Both the position numbers and the translations under genes were made by a program. A DNA stretch of 64,000 nt, taken from Candidatus Levyibacteriota bacterium (GTDB lineage Bacteria > Patescibacteriota > Microgenomatia > Levybacterales > UBA12049). Within the stretch, counting starts at the first letter, position 1. The number at the start of each line of letters is the position of its first letter. The notes under the pieces were generated by a model. That model saw only the letters and a list, made by a program, of their open reading frames with translations. It was not told where the DNA came from and ran no database searches. The stretch lies in the NCBI GenBank assembly GCA_016186625.1, contig JACPLG010000008.1, positions 80,689 to 144,688 on the forward strand, given 5' to 3'. Below, piece by piece: positions 42,510 to 52,404 of this stretch.

Positions 42510-43142
42510 TCACTCGTGATCGCCCAGTCTCCATACGTTACCGCGGCCCACTTTATGCTCACCCGTTGAGTCTATACGCAAGGCAGCACCCTCGCCAATT
42601 GCCACAAAAGGGCATGTGCCAACCTTATGAAAACTTGTCCATGCAGACCTGGCTTTATCGAAGGAATCTTGATTTGCGTGCACCTGCACACAAGCAGAAA
42701 CGATCCCCCAACCTTTCCTCACCTCAAATACGTCGCTACCTTCGTGAATATACCAAGAAGATAGAGCCTGAGCCCCGGCGCTCATTCCAGCAATGTGAGC
42801 ACCTCGCTCAAAAGCCGCAATTAAAAGCCCCACAATGTCCCATTCAGAAAATAATCGCATTAACTGATCAGTATCACCACCACCTAAATATATCACCGAT
42901 GAAGACTTGATCGCATTGATCGCATACTCACGACCCTTTTTCTCCGTAGGGACCAAAACCTTAAATTTATCGCCAAAAACAGATGTAATGGAATCAGAAT
43001 ATGCAACGCTATCTTGTGCCGCAAAGCCAAAAAAAGCGAAGGTAGATCCTTCAGACGCAAGAGACTTTATATCCTCATCGATCTGATATGTCTCACCGTC
43101 TCTAATTTCTCCACCACCGATTAAATAAATTGAACCTATCAT
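42510..43142 (-). CDS. Peptidase S51 family protein (dipeptidase E/cyanophycinase-like)
   Basis: HIAGMSAGAQAL (GxSAG nucleophile), downstream His/Glu candidates; 210 aa. Confidence 0.65.
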   Translation of the reverse strand: MIGSIYLIGGGEIRDGETYQIDEDIKSLASEGSTFAFFGFAAQDSVAYSDSITSVFGDKFKVLVPTEKKGREYAINAIKSSSVIYLGGGDTDQLMRLFSEWDIVGLLIAAFERGAHIAGMSAGAQALSSWYIHEGSDVFEVRKGWGIVSACVQVHANQDSFDKARSAWTSFHKVGTCPFVAIGEGAALRIDSTGEHKVGRGNVWRLGDHE

Positions 43143-44626
43143 ATCGACATACGAATCAAAGGATTTTTATTAGAGCGTATATTTGCGCTAGACTGACACA
43201 CCCCACTCATTAGCTTAACTGAAACAGCATGAGTATCAATATTTGATTTCACATCACTTATATTGATTCGTCCAAGGATAAACTCAATAAACTCACGTAT
43301 AACACGATCTTTGGCTTTCTCCCCCGTAAGTCCAGTAACGTCAGCCTGCTGTTCTAGATCACGAGCAGATATCCTAAAGAAGGCTTTGCCTTCGCCAAAC
43401 ATACCAACATTGCGAAATACGTATATTTCAAAATGATTGTTACCGCCAACCTCAAATTCATCGGAATTATCAACATCATGCTGATGCTTGGATTGATAGT
43501 TATGAATCTGAATACACTGAAAAGGACCTTGTTGAATAATAAATTGCTGATGCTTTACCCTACCATTGCCTTTATACAGATCAGCATTTGGCGCAGCCCA
43601 TGAACGCCTCGAGAAGCTACTGTGCATCAAATTCACAGAGATATTGCAAATATTCTCACCGCTCCTAAGCAGCCGAATAATGTTAAACGAATCCACCTCG
43701 CCATAATCAGAAATTTTGTCTAGGTATTGCTTCGAAGAAAGACCAGTCCGCTCGTAATCAGATCCAAAATATCTAATGTAGTCTTCCTCATTTAAATTAA
43801 GAATGAGTCCACTCGGAGTCAATGGAGATGAAAAAATCTCTAATTGATCAGGTTGCTTATCATCAACAAGGCCAGACTGATACATTTGCCAGGCCATATC
43901 GAACAAGTGATACCCACTAAATGCTACTTTTCCAAAACCATCCTTAAGACCATGAGATTCTTGGGTTATTACCTCCTGCGGAAACCTCCACGAACCATCA
44001 GCATGCATAATCTGCATCGACGTTACGGGTACATTAAATTTTTTCGCTGTCCCTGAAATCAGTTCTCGGACTTTATCGAAGCCATACTCGTATCTTCGCT
44101 GAACATCTATAGAAAAAATGGTTGGTTTGTCGGCCAGATGCAACTTGTACAGATCCAGAAGTTCACTGTAATCATCAATTAAACCCATAGCTTGAGAACG
44201 ATCAACACTGATCGCCTTCCTAGCTGTAATGGGCTTATCCATAAGAATATGCAACCCTTTGCGAAGAGCCCATTCGGCATATGCCTTATGAGCTGTAGGC
44301 TCTGTAGCAATCACAACCCCTTGTATATCAAATTTATTAACCAAAGCATCTAACATCGCCCTAGAGTGATCAGGAATGCCATCAGCTGTATCAAAAGAGT
44401 CAAGATATAACATCTCCAAATCATACCTCTGATCTTTAAGGTATGAATCCACAGTATCCATTTGCCGCTTCAGATCTACAGCTGCAATTAAGCGTATAGG
44501 ATAATCTGCAGCCAACCTAAAAAAGGCAGGGACATAGATCCGCTTCGCATGAGGCCCAACTCCAATTAGCAGTAAATTTACAGTTTTCATATTGTTATCT
44601 TTTATCATATTATCAATCTTATACAC
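43139..44626 (-). CDS. Gfo/Idh/MocA-family NAD(P)-dependent oxidoreductase-like protein
   Basis: VNLLLIGVGPHAKRIYVPAF (Rossmann), GVVIATEPTAHKAYAEWALRKGLHILMDKP (EKP-type motif). Its 3' end overlaps the start of the S51 gene by 4 nt. Confidence 0.55.
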   Translation of the reverse strand: MYKIDNMIKDNNMKTVNLLLIGVGPHAKRIYVPAFFRLAADYPIRLIAAVDLKRQMDTVDSYLKDQRYDLEMLYLDSFDTADGIPDHSRAMLDALVNKFDIQGVVIATEPTAHKAYAEWALRKGLHILMDKPITARKAISVDRSQAMGLIDDYSELLDLYKLHLADKPTIFSIDVQRRYEYGFDKVRELISGTAKKFNVPVTSMQIMHADGSWRFPQEVITQESHGLKDGFGKVAFSGYHLFDMAWQMYQSGLVDDKQPDQLEIFSSPLTPSGLILNLNEEDYIRYFGSDYERTGLSSKQYLDKISDYGEVDSFNIIRLLRSGENICNISVNLMHSSFSRRSWAAPNADLYKGNGRVKHQQFIIQQGPFQCIQIHNYQSKHQHDVDNSDEFEVGGNNHFEIYVFRNVGMFGEGKAFFRISARDLEQQADVTGLTGEKAKDRVIREFIEFILGRINISDVKSNIDTHAVSVKLMSGVCQSSANIRSNKNPLIRMSI

Positions 44627-44673
44627 AACTGCAAGAATGCACTTCTTGTCAATTCACTTCTTTCTATGATACG

Positions 44674-45561
44674 ATGAGATCCTTTAAGTTACAAATTAGG
44701 AGCAATGGACAGAATATGAACCACATAGAGAATCGAGAGAATATGAACCACATAGAGAATCAATGGGGAGTTGAACGTCTGAGTCCAGATAACTCAGCCG
44801 AAGCATGTGAGCTCCTACCTGCACTCGCATCAAACGAAATTGCAGCTATTCAAATTGCTCAATTCTTAGGTAGACAAGACTTGGATATCGTCATTCAGAA
44901 CATGAGCCGACAAAATATACAATGGTACGAAAACAGAGAGTTCCAACAGGGTAGAATTGGCATAAACGCCACAGGATTTGGTTATGAATCTGGCGGCAAG
45001 CAAAGATACTTTGACCTCACCCCAGAAGCCGCGAAGGTTCGAGATGAAATATTTAAGGGAGCTTCAAACCCAATTGATAAAATTATTAAATTCTTTTCAT
45101 CAAATGGATATAATGCATCCATAGCGACTGAACCAGGCATGCAAAATGCGCAGTACTTCGCAGGCCTCATTAGAGCAATGGGAGCAAAAAGCACGCTGCA
45201 TTTTGACTATGCTCCAAACCAGCTTCCAGGCTGGAGCGTCTCTGATGCAGATGAACAATATGGTCTCGTTTTATACCTTCAGATGCCAACTGAAGGAGGG
45301 GAATTAACTGTCTACAATCGCCCATGGCAGCCAGAAGATGAGTCCCACAACAATGATATTGGACAAAAGGGAAGATACGGATTCGCAGAGGATTTCCTAG
45401 AAGACACACCGCATGCCACAATATCGCCTAAAGCGGGAGACTTAGTAGTATTTAAAACACGCAACTTCCATCAAGTAGCGGCTATCAACTCAGATAAACC
45501 AAGATTAGGCCTTACCACCTTCATGACATTGAAAGATGGGTCGCTATCGTTGTGGAGCTAA
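44674..45561 (+). CDS. 2-oxoglutarate/Fe(II)-dependent oxygenase-like protein
   Basis: LHFDYAP (HxD), GGELTVYN, TRNFHQV (distal His). In-frame 24-bp tandem duplication at the N-terminus (MNHIENRENMNHIEN). Confidence 0.5.
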   Translation: MRSFKLQIRSNGQNMNHIENRENMNHIENQWGVERLSPDNSAEACELLPALASNEIAAIQIAQFLGRQDLDIVIQNMSRQNIQWYENREFQQGRIGINATGFGYESGGKQRYFDLTPEAAKVRDEIFKGASNPIDKIIKFFSSNGYNASIATEPGMQNAQYFAGLIRAMGAKSTLHFDYAPNQLPGWSVSDADEQYGLVLYLQMPTEGGELTVYNRPWQPEDESHNNDIGQKGRYGFAEDFLEDTPHATISPKAGDLVVFKTRNFHQVAAINSDKPRLGLTTFMTLKDGSLSLWS

Positions 45562-45575
45562 CTACACACATTTAC

Positions 45576-46409
45576 TTACCAAAGATCTGACTCGAAAAAA
45601 CTGCGAAACTTCCTCATAACCTCTTTAGTAAAGGGCCCAACTGATCCGTCCCCCACGGGAACGTCATTCAACTTGGTCACGGGCATTATGTCCATTCCGG
45701 TAGCGGTGATAAACAGTTCCGACGCACCTAGTAGCTCCTGTACAGAAAAGTCACAAGCCTCAGCCCGAACAGAAAGTTGTAATTTATTAATTATGATATC
45801 GCGCGTAATCCCCTCCAGAATCCCTGTTTTAGGAGTCACAAGAGAACCATCTATTGCTGCAAATACATTACTCATCGTTCCTTCGCGTACCATACCTTCG
45901 GAATGATAGATAACCTCATCTATGTCATTAGGGATAGAATTGAATTGACGAATCGCCTCTATGTAATTATTCGTTTTGGCTTGTGGTTTATACCTTTGAA
46001 ATTCGGAAAGTAAAACATGGACTCCGTTAGCATAATCTTCAGAGGGGCGCGGAATACGCTGGTCAACCATAATAACTATTGTAGGTATTTTCGTTGTAGA
46101 GAGTGTCATTGAGGGCCCACCAGAAATAGTGACACGCATAACCTTTTCGCCCTCAACAGACTCATTCGCTTTAAGTGTTTGTACCACCCACTCAGTAATC
46201 AGCTCTTTTGGCCAAGGCAAATTCAGTGATATTTCCTGACAAGATCGATAAAGCCTATCTATATGTTTTTCTAACATAAACGGACGCCCCTTTGAAGTCA
46301 TCATAAACTCAAAAACAGCGTAGCCACGCGAATAGCCTAAATCACGTGGAGATATAAGCAGATCATCTTCATTGACAAGTTGACCATTTAAGAAATGCAC
46401 ACTCTTCAT
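45576..46409 (-). CDS. Class IV (fold type IV) PLP aminotransferase (BCAT/DAAT/ADCL family)
   Basis: AKTNNYIEAI (catalytic Lys..NYL), EGTMSNVFAA, GILEGITR. Confidence 0.7.
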   Translation of the reverse strand: MKSVHFLNGQLVNEDDLLISPRDLGYSRGYAVFEFMMTSKGRPFMLEKHIDRLYRSCQEISLNLPWPKELITEWVVQTLKANESVEGEKVMRVTISGGPSMTLSTTKIPTIVIMVDQRIPRPSEDYANGVHVLLSEFQRYKPQAKTNNYIEAIRQFNSIPNDIDEVIYHSEGMVREGTMSNVFAAIDGSLVTPKTGILEGITRDIIINKLQLSVRAEACDFSVQELLGASELFITATGMDIMPVTKLNDVPVGDGSVGPFTKEVMRKFRSFFESDLW

Positions 46410-46577
46410 AAAATAAATTACCTCTTATTATACACCCCTCCATGTCCCACCCTACGGTACTGCAAGGATGAGCGGAACACTTAGAGCCCGAGGCGTGCAA
46501 TGATACTAGATGGAGAGTAAGCTATACGAATTCAGTGAAAGAGGTGCGATAAAATGCTAGTTCTTGTGCTTGGAGAG

Positions 46578-46614
46578 TGCTATAATAGGTCCGAACATCA
46601 TTCGGTAGGCTACC
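46578..46614 (+). promoter_or_regulatory. Extended -10 promoter TGCTATAAT followed by palindrome CCGAACATCATTCGG (copy 1)
   Basis: Near-identical 37-nt block repeated at 47259-47296. Confidence 0.5.
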
Positions 46615-46681
46615 CCAAGTTTTTTGGCCTCGATTTTTGACACCCAGATTCGCAAGTTCGAACCTTTGGTATAATACTTTT

Positions 46682-47194
46682 ATGCAGAAAACTAGCAAAC
46701 CATTAGCACATATTATTATTGGATTTGTAGGTTCTGGAAAGACAACATTTGCTCGTAAACTTGAAAAAGAAACAGGAGCCGTTCGGTTTACCAAAGATGA
46801 ATGGATGGTAAGAGTATTTGGAAATACTCCTCCTAAAGACAAATTTGAAGAATATGATAGTAAAATGACATCGCTTGCAACAGAAATGGCGCTTAAATGC
46901 TTAAAAGCAGGAATAAGTGTCATTATTGACGAAGGATTTTGGGTAAAAGAGCACCGAGAAGCAATCAGAGAAAAAGTAAATAGTGTGGGTGCTATCCCAA
47001 AACTTTATTATATTGAAGCACCTTTTGAGACGATGAAAGCAAGAACTTTAAGAAGAACAGAAAATCCTCCTGTTGATTCTTTTACGATTGACGAAGAATC
47101 TTTTAATCAATACTGGAGACATTTTCAGCCTCCCGATAAAGATGAAGAATTTAAATTAATAAGTCAAGAAGATTTAAACCAACCGCTACGATAA
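46682..47194 (+). CDS. P-loop NTPase/kinase (AAA_33, zeta-toxin/CPT-like)
   Basis: IIIGFVGSGKTTFARKL (Walker A), DEGFW (Walker B-like); start at internal ATG. Confidence 0.6.
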   Translation: MQKTSKPLAHIIIGFVGSGKTTFARKLEKETGAVRFTKDEWMVRVFGNTPPKDKFEEYDSKMTSLATEMALKCLKAGISVIIDEGFWVKEHREAIREKVNSVGAIPKLYYIEAPFETMKARTLRRTENPPVDSFTIDEESFNQYWRHFQPPDKDEEFKLISQEDLNQPLR

Positions 47195-47258
47195 AGTCTT
47201 TTTCAATATAGAACCGCAAACGCGGTATTGTAAAGCTCTATTTCCTGAAGTTGCAGTT

Positions 47259-47296
47259 TGCTATAATAAGTCCGAACATCGTTCGGCAGGCTACCC
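47259..47296 (+). promoter_or_regulatory. Extended -10 promoter TGCTATAAT followed by perfect palindrome CCGAACATCGTTCGG (copy 2)
   Basis: tgctataataagtccgaacatcgttcggcaggctaccc. Confidence 0.5.
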
Positions 47297-47349
47297 ATTT
47301 TTAGCCCTATAGTTTATTTAAGGCTCATTTTTTGATATAATTCCTCCTT

Positions 47350-48429
47350 ATGCCGCAAGACAGACAATTTGAGGAACGACAAAGAGAAAGCGAGCCATCG
47401 CCTTTGATATCAATTACAGCTGTAGGATTTGAACACAGATTTTATAATATTCAATGTTTAGGATCTGTTTTTGAACAAACACACGTAGCCCTGTCGGCGA
47501 ACAGATCGGCAAGAAATATAGTCTATTTAGAAGATGCAGGGAAGACCGTAGTAGTCGCAGATGCACGAAAAAGAGACGTTGAGGTATTTGGACTTGCAGG
47601 TTTTTTAGTAAAGGAAGCTTTTGTGGCACAATTCAGAACCGAGCCCGACAGGACCTATGTTGCAGCTATGGTAAGAAAAATTGGGACGGAAATTTCAAGA
47701 GGCGACTTCTCGAGTCTGCCCGTAACAAGCGTCCAAAATTTTGTTCTGAATCTAGGTCTTGATGATATAAGGACAGACAGATATTTTGATGTTGAATTTG
47801 AAGCTCATACGCCAGGAGCTATTAGAAACGATAATAAATCCCAAGAAAGATTCCAGAGACTATCAGCAGAAGCCATTAGTAAGTGGGAGAGTGGTCAATT
47901 TGATGAGTCTTTAAGTGCTTACAAACGTGCTAAAGCTGTAATCCACGCATCCGGAGCAGCAAGAAATCCAGAAATTGTCCAACAAATTAGAAGATTAGTA
48001 AAAGAATTAGCTAATAATCCTCAAGGCGGAAATATCGTTTTACTTTTAGGAGAAAGTCATTTGCCGGTCATTGACATGCTTCAAAGACAAATTGGCAATA
48101 TGCCATCTGTCACGTTCGACAAGAAAAGAGGAAAAGTTTTTGCTGACAGCCCAGAAGGAAAATTGGATAAAGCTATGTTATCTAAAGAACAAGCACCTGA
48201 TTTAACCTATGTCCAATCTCTTTTACTTGTTCATGCTATTGGCGAGTTGGCTCAAATGTATATGGCGAGCCAAGATATGGGAACTTTTATGACAAATTAT
48301 GAGGATGTTTATAAAAAATGCGCAGAGATTACAGAACGGTTAAGCATCGATGAGATTAGACAATTATGTGAGAGTAGAACTCAAATTGGCCAATACTTTC
48401 TAAGAAAAATATTACCCAATCTCCGTTAA
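47350..48429 (+). CDS. Hypothetical protein (GC-richer, 359 aa)
   Basis: No recognisable motif; follows operator copy 2. Confidence 0.4.
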   Translation: MPQDRQFEERQRESEPSPLISITAVGFEHRFYNIQCLGSVFEQTHVALSANRSARNIVYLEDAGKTVVVADARKRDVEVFGLAGFLVKEAFVAQFRTEPDRTYVAAMVRKIGTEISRGDFSSLPVTSVQNFVLNLGLDDIRTDRYFDVEFEAHTPGAIRNDNKSQERFQRLSAEAISKWESGQFDESLSAYKRAKAVIHASGAARNPEIVQQIRRLVKELANNPQGGNIVLLLGESHLPVIDMLQRQIGNMPSVTFDKKRGKVFADSPEGKLDKAMLSKEQAPDLTYVQSLLLVHAIGELAQMYMASQDMGTFMTNYEDVYKKCAEITERLSIDEIRQLCESRTQIGQYFLRKILPNLR

Positions 48430-48654
48430 TTTCGACTGAGGAAATATCGGTTCCGATACCTGATTTGTACGTAATTGTTCTAAGAACTCATCCCTTAGAT
48501 TTCACTCCCTCCAAAGGCGGGCAGGCAGGATAAACATCATGGACTTGCTTCTTTTTAGCCTCAAATCTGCTATAATCCCCTCTTATGGGAGTCGAGGATT
48601 ATTTTCCAAACATCCAATTTCCCATAGCCTAGCTTATTTGTTATACTATATTTT

Positions 48655-48888
48655 ATGTTTCTGTTGACGCTTCCAGTAAAAATTCTCGGAATCACGGGAA
48701 CAATAATCTTAATTACAGTTGTTTACTGGCTGTTTGTAGGAGTAGGGCTAAATTTTGGAGTAAAGAATGAGCCATGCGCACAAGTTATGGCAAAGGCAAA
48801 AAATCCCATCTCAGGAGTGGAGCGTGAATTTTCCAGTCCGTGCAAAGTGCCAGTGGGCTGGCAGATAACAGAAGAAGGAAGGTTATAA
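48655..48888 (+). CDS. Small membrane protein
   Basis: 77 aa, one TM; TGCTATAAT -10 at ~48567. Confidence 0.3.
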   Translation: MFLLTLPVKILGITGTIILITVVYWLFVGVGLNFGVKNEPCAQVMAKAKNPISGVEREFSSPCKVPVGWQITEEGRL

Positions 48889-49401
48889 TCTTTCTACAGA
48901 ATGAAGAAGTAGAACTGATCCCTCAGACCATCTTCCAATACCGCTATCATCAAGAGCAATATCCTTCCCGTCCAGAGGAAGTCCGATGGCTCGCTCAAGT
49001 TCAACTCTATCCATGATCCTTACCCTTCCTTTAAGATGAACATTCACAGTTTCTCCGAGCCCAACCTCGCCTTCTACCGTGTCTTTTGGTAGCACAAATA
49101 TTGTTTTTGAGATGATAAGAAGACGTCCTTGCTGACCGAGTAATCCTTGCCCACCTGCATTAACAAAAAAAACTCTTTTTGTCACCCAGTCGGTGATCTG
49201 AGAATCCACTTCAACAGTTAGCCCATCATATACCAACGGGTCCTTTATAACATTTGCAGCCTCAACTGTTATCTTGACAGTCTCTTTGTCTCTTGCGTCT
49301 TCCTTTGCAGGCTGTGTAGCCCGGCTTAGTATAAAAAGCAGTATAAAAATAACCGCAAAAATTATTACGACAATTGAAATTAATATGGATCTTTGTCCCA
49401 T
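48883..49401 (-). CDS. Membrane-anchored hypothetical protein
   Basis: N-terminal TM then a soluble domain; start at the internal Met. Confidence 0.4.
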   Translation of the reverse strand: MGQRSILISIVVIIFAVIFILLFILSRATQPAKEDARDKETVKITVEAANVIKDPLVYDGLTVEVDSQITDWVTKRVFFVNAGGQGLLGQQGRLLIISKTIFVLPKDTVEGEVGLGETVNVHLKGRVRIMDRVELERAIGLPLDGKDIALDDSGIGRWSEGSVLLLHSVERL

Positions 49402-49450
49402 AGTGCTACGTATTATAGGATATCTTTTGTGGAAATGCAAGCGTGGTTAA

Positions 49451-50620
49451 TTAGATTTGACGTTTTATAAATGAGGTCAGCTTTTTTACTTTCTCAATCC
49501 CACTCTGCCCTTCTTTTAAAATCTCAAACTCATCATGAATTTCCCCAACCAGACTTTCAACTGCGTCTTCAAGCGTAACAATTCCCTGAGTTTGCCCTTT
49601 CTCATTCCTAACTGCCGCCATATGAATTCTCCTTGCTCTCATCATAAGCATAACATCGTCTATTTTTTCGCTGCCAAATACTTTAGGAAGACTTCTAATT
49701 ATTCCAAGTTCTCCAAGTGTTTTGTCTCTATTCCTTAAGACAAAGGTCCTATACAAGTCTTTTATCAGTTCAATTTTAGGTTGGGAGACTAGATTTCTAA
49801 AGACATCTTTGATGTGAATGAAGCCTACAACATTATCTATTGTCCTCTCATAGATAGGAAAACGGCTATGTGGATTTTGCTGTAAAGTTTTGATGACCTC
49901 TTTTAGAGGAGTTGACCTTTCAAACGCAATGACTCTTTCTTTAGGAACCATAATTTTTTCAACCGGAGTATCTCCAAGCCGCAGCACCGAATAGACCATT
50001 TCAGCTTCTTCCTTTTCAATTGCACCCTCCTGCGCGCTTTGAGCTAGTATCATTTTTATTTCTTCTTCTGAGTGAACCAGCTGATGTCCGGATGGCGCTT
50101 TAAAACCGATTGCTTTTAAAACAAGTATTCCAGCGCCATTTAATATAAAAATAAAAGGTTTGAAAATAGTAGTAAAAATGCTAAGTGGTGTGATTATAAG
50201 AAAAGAGGTTTTTTCGGCACGTTGCAGAGCAATTGACTTTGGAGCTAGCTCTCCCAGGACTATATGAAGAAAAGTTATAGCGGAAAAGGCTATTGCAAAT
50301 GACAGTCCGTGCGCGGAAAGCGAGACTACGCCATTCGGCAAAAAGCTTTGAAGAGATGGTTCAATAAGTCGGGCTAGAAACGGCTCACCAACCCATCCAA
50401 GACCAAGGCTGGCAATTGTAATTCCAAGCTGGGTTGCGGAAATAAAAGTATCAAGATTTTTTAGGGATTTCTGGACAAGTACCGCTGTCTGATTTCCCTC
50501 TTTTACCAGCTCATCAATTCTGGTTTTTCTAACACCAACAAGGGCAAACTCAGAGGCTACAAAAAATCCGTTGAGAAAAACTAGAAAAATAAGAAACAGA
50601 AGCTGGGGAATAACGTCCAT
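49451..50620 (-). CDS. HlyC/CorC-family transporter (DUF21/CNNM + CBS pair + CorC_HlyC)
   Basis: LLFLIFLVFLNGFFVASEFALVGVRKTRI (DUF21), CBS-like repeats, C-terminal transporter-associated domain. Confidence 0.75.
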   Translation of the reverse strand: MDVIPQLLFLIFLVFLNGFFVASEFALVGVRKTRIDELVKEGNQTAVLVQKSLKNLDTFISATQLGITIASLGLGWVGEPFLARLIEPSLQSFLPNGVVSLSAHGLSFAIAFSAITFLHIVLGELAPKSIALQRAEKTSFLIITPLSIFTTIFKPFIFILNGAGILVLKAIGFKAPSGHQLVHSEEEIKMILAQSAQEGAIEKEEAEMVYSVLRLGDTPVEKIMVPKERVIAFERSTPLKEVIKTLQQNPHSRFPIYERTIDNVVGFIHIKDVFRNLVSQPKIELIKDLYRTFVLRNRDKTLGELGIIRSLPKVFGSEKIDDVMLMMRARRIHMAAVRNEKGQTQGIVTLEDAVESLVGEIHDEFEILKEGQSGIEKVKKLTSFIKRQI

Positions 50621-50663
50621 TGAGAAATAAGTATAACACTTAGTTATACTTGGAGCAATTAAG

Positions 50664-51725
50664 TTATGCGAGTAAATCCTCGGGAGGGAAGCGGTTGGGA
50701 GAGCTAACGGTTGCCAGATTTGAAGCGTTAGATGAGATATCCTGTCCTTCTGGGGGTAATGGATGTGGAGCTCTAAGCGTAACAATTCCGTTTACATTTG
50801 CAGTTTGTGAATATCCCTTATAGGATCTAGCTAGAGTGGGAACTCGTCTAGCAATAGGGGACATAATTTGCGATTTCATCTCACCAGGGATGTTAAAAAA
50901 AGTATCAGAGGCTTTTATTAGATCCCTCAGCGAAATACTACCATAGTATGGTAAAGAATCATTGCTTCCGGTATAAATATTGCCATCGCTATTCAGTTGA
51001 ATACTAACAGAAGCAGTTGTTATGGACGGATCATCCTGATCAGCAACTTGTATTGCAAAACTCCAAATTGCTGATTCTGGATCAAATAAATTTCTTGTCT
51101 CCGGAAAAATATAATAGATAACTCCTCCTTCATAGTACTCATAATCTCTATAGCCTAAACTATCCAAAATTTCAATGTGTTTGGAGGGATTTACCACAAT
51201 TCTTGCGTATGTTTCCTGAATAAATGGATCCGAGTTTGTCTGCAGAAACTCTCCCATCACGTCAATAGCAACTTGATATTTTCCATTTTGTTGTTCTCGT
51301 TCTTCTTGCGCTTCATTCTCTGCGTCTGAATTACCAGAGGTAACCTCCGCTGAAATATTTTGTGTTCTTAGAGAGGGTATTTCGCTGGCTGTTTCTATTG
51401 CCGGAGGGAAAGTTATGTCTTCTCTGAATTCCGAAGATTGAAACGGATTTTCTGCGGCAAACACATGTTTTTCACCAGATATTCCAGGATTCAGCGCTGA
51501 TCCATCTGCTGGAAGAGAATCTTGAGGGAAAGTTATGTCAACTTGATAGGCGCCGGTGTGAGCTGAAACTTTTTGTCCGGTTGTGCGTAACTCTCCTGAT
51601 TCGACAATTGGCGGAGGGAATGGTGGGAGTGACTCTTGTTGAGAGGAAACAGGAGCGGCAACACCAGTAACCCCAGCGGCAGTTGCTAATAAAGTTTTTA
51701 ATAATCTCTCTCTTCCCGCGCTCAT
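50664..51725 (-). CDS. Secreted hypothetical protein
   Basis: Signal peptide LLKTLLATAAGVTGVAAPV; no motif. Confidence 0.4.
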   Translation of the reverse strand: MSAGRERLLKTLLATAAGVTGVAAPVSSQQESLPPFPPPIVESGELRTTGQKVSAHTGAYQVDITFPQDSLPADGSALNPGISGEKHVFAAENPFQSSEFREDITFPPAIETASEIPSLRTQNISAEVTSGNSDAENEAQEEREQQNGKYQVAIDVMGEFLQTNSDPFIQETYARIVVNPSKHIEILDSLGYRDYEYYEGGVIYYIFPETRNLFDPESAIWSFAIQVADQDDPSITTASVSIQLNSDGNIYTGSNDSLPYYGSISLRDLIKASDTFFNIPGEMKSQIMSPIARRVPTLARSYKGYSQTANVNGIVTLRAPHPLPPEGQDISSNASNLATVSSPNRFPPEDLLA

Positions 51726-51805
51726 CCCCGAACTTAAACCATCTTTAAAACTATAACACAACATAACAAATATATCTATAGGGTAGAATTTTGGGCAACT
51801 TGAAA

Positions 51806-52177
51806 TTATATTAGGGAGCCGTGTTTTGATACAAATTGCCGGGTAGGCTCGGATAAGTGAAGCTTCTGCACTTCACCAAGCGTAAAAAAATCCAGGAGCT
51901 GTCCCTCACCCCGTTCTATTTTGTTTACATTATCATCAGTTAACCTTGCGTGATAACAATTTTCTGAGATAAACTCCACTTCTTCTATTTTTATGCTTGC
52001 TTCTTTTTCAACGCGCCGCGCCATGGCTTCTTCAAATGATTCTCCGCCGTCTTTTTCTCCACCAATAAAACACCATTCATGCTCTTTGGCATCAAGTGGT
52101 CCGCTCATTTTATACATAAGAAGCGCTTTTCCTTTGTAAGTTAGAAGAATTAAGCAGGTTAGGGTCTTATCATCCAC
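51806..52177 (-). CDS. NUDIX hydrolase
   Basis: GGEKDGGESFEEAMARRVEKEASI (Nudix box GX5EX7REUXEEXGU). Confidence 0.7.
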   Translation of the reverse strand: MDDKTLTCLILLTYKGKALLMYKMSGPLDAKEHEWCFIGGEKDGGESFEEAMARRVEKEASIKIEEVEFISENCYHARLTDDNVNKIERGEGQLLDFFTLGEVQKLHLSEPTRQFVSKHGSLI

Positions 52178-52315
52178 AACTTTATTATAGACTTATTTAA
52201 CAAGAAAAGTTGGAGGAAAAAGTATGTCAGGGGTAATTATAGCAGAAGATACCATATTTTAAGAACAAGAAAATCCTTAAGATTACATCCAAGCGTAAAT
52301 TCAAGCTTACACAGT

Positions 52316-52358
52316 TTACACCCCGGGGGTGGATTTAGCTTTACACCCCAGGATTTAA
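52316..52358. repeat. REP-2 copy upstream of C39-like gene
   Basis: TTTACACCCCGGGGGTGGATTTAGCTTTACACCCCAGGA. Confidence 0.65.
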
Positions 52359-52404
52359 TTTAAGTGCGCAAGGCACTTGTTAATAAAATTATAAATTCTA
52401 CAAT

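Noticed and set aside
46591-46605. LexA (Cheo box) operator
   Set aside because: The palindrome is CGAAC-N3-GTTCG, not the GAAC-N4-GTTC spacing of Gram-positive LexA sites; kept only as an unknown-regulator operator.
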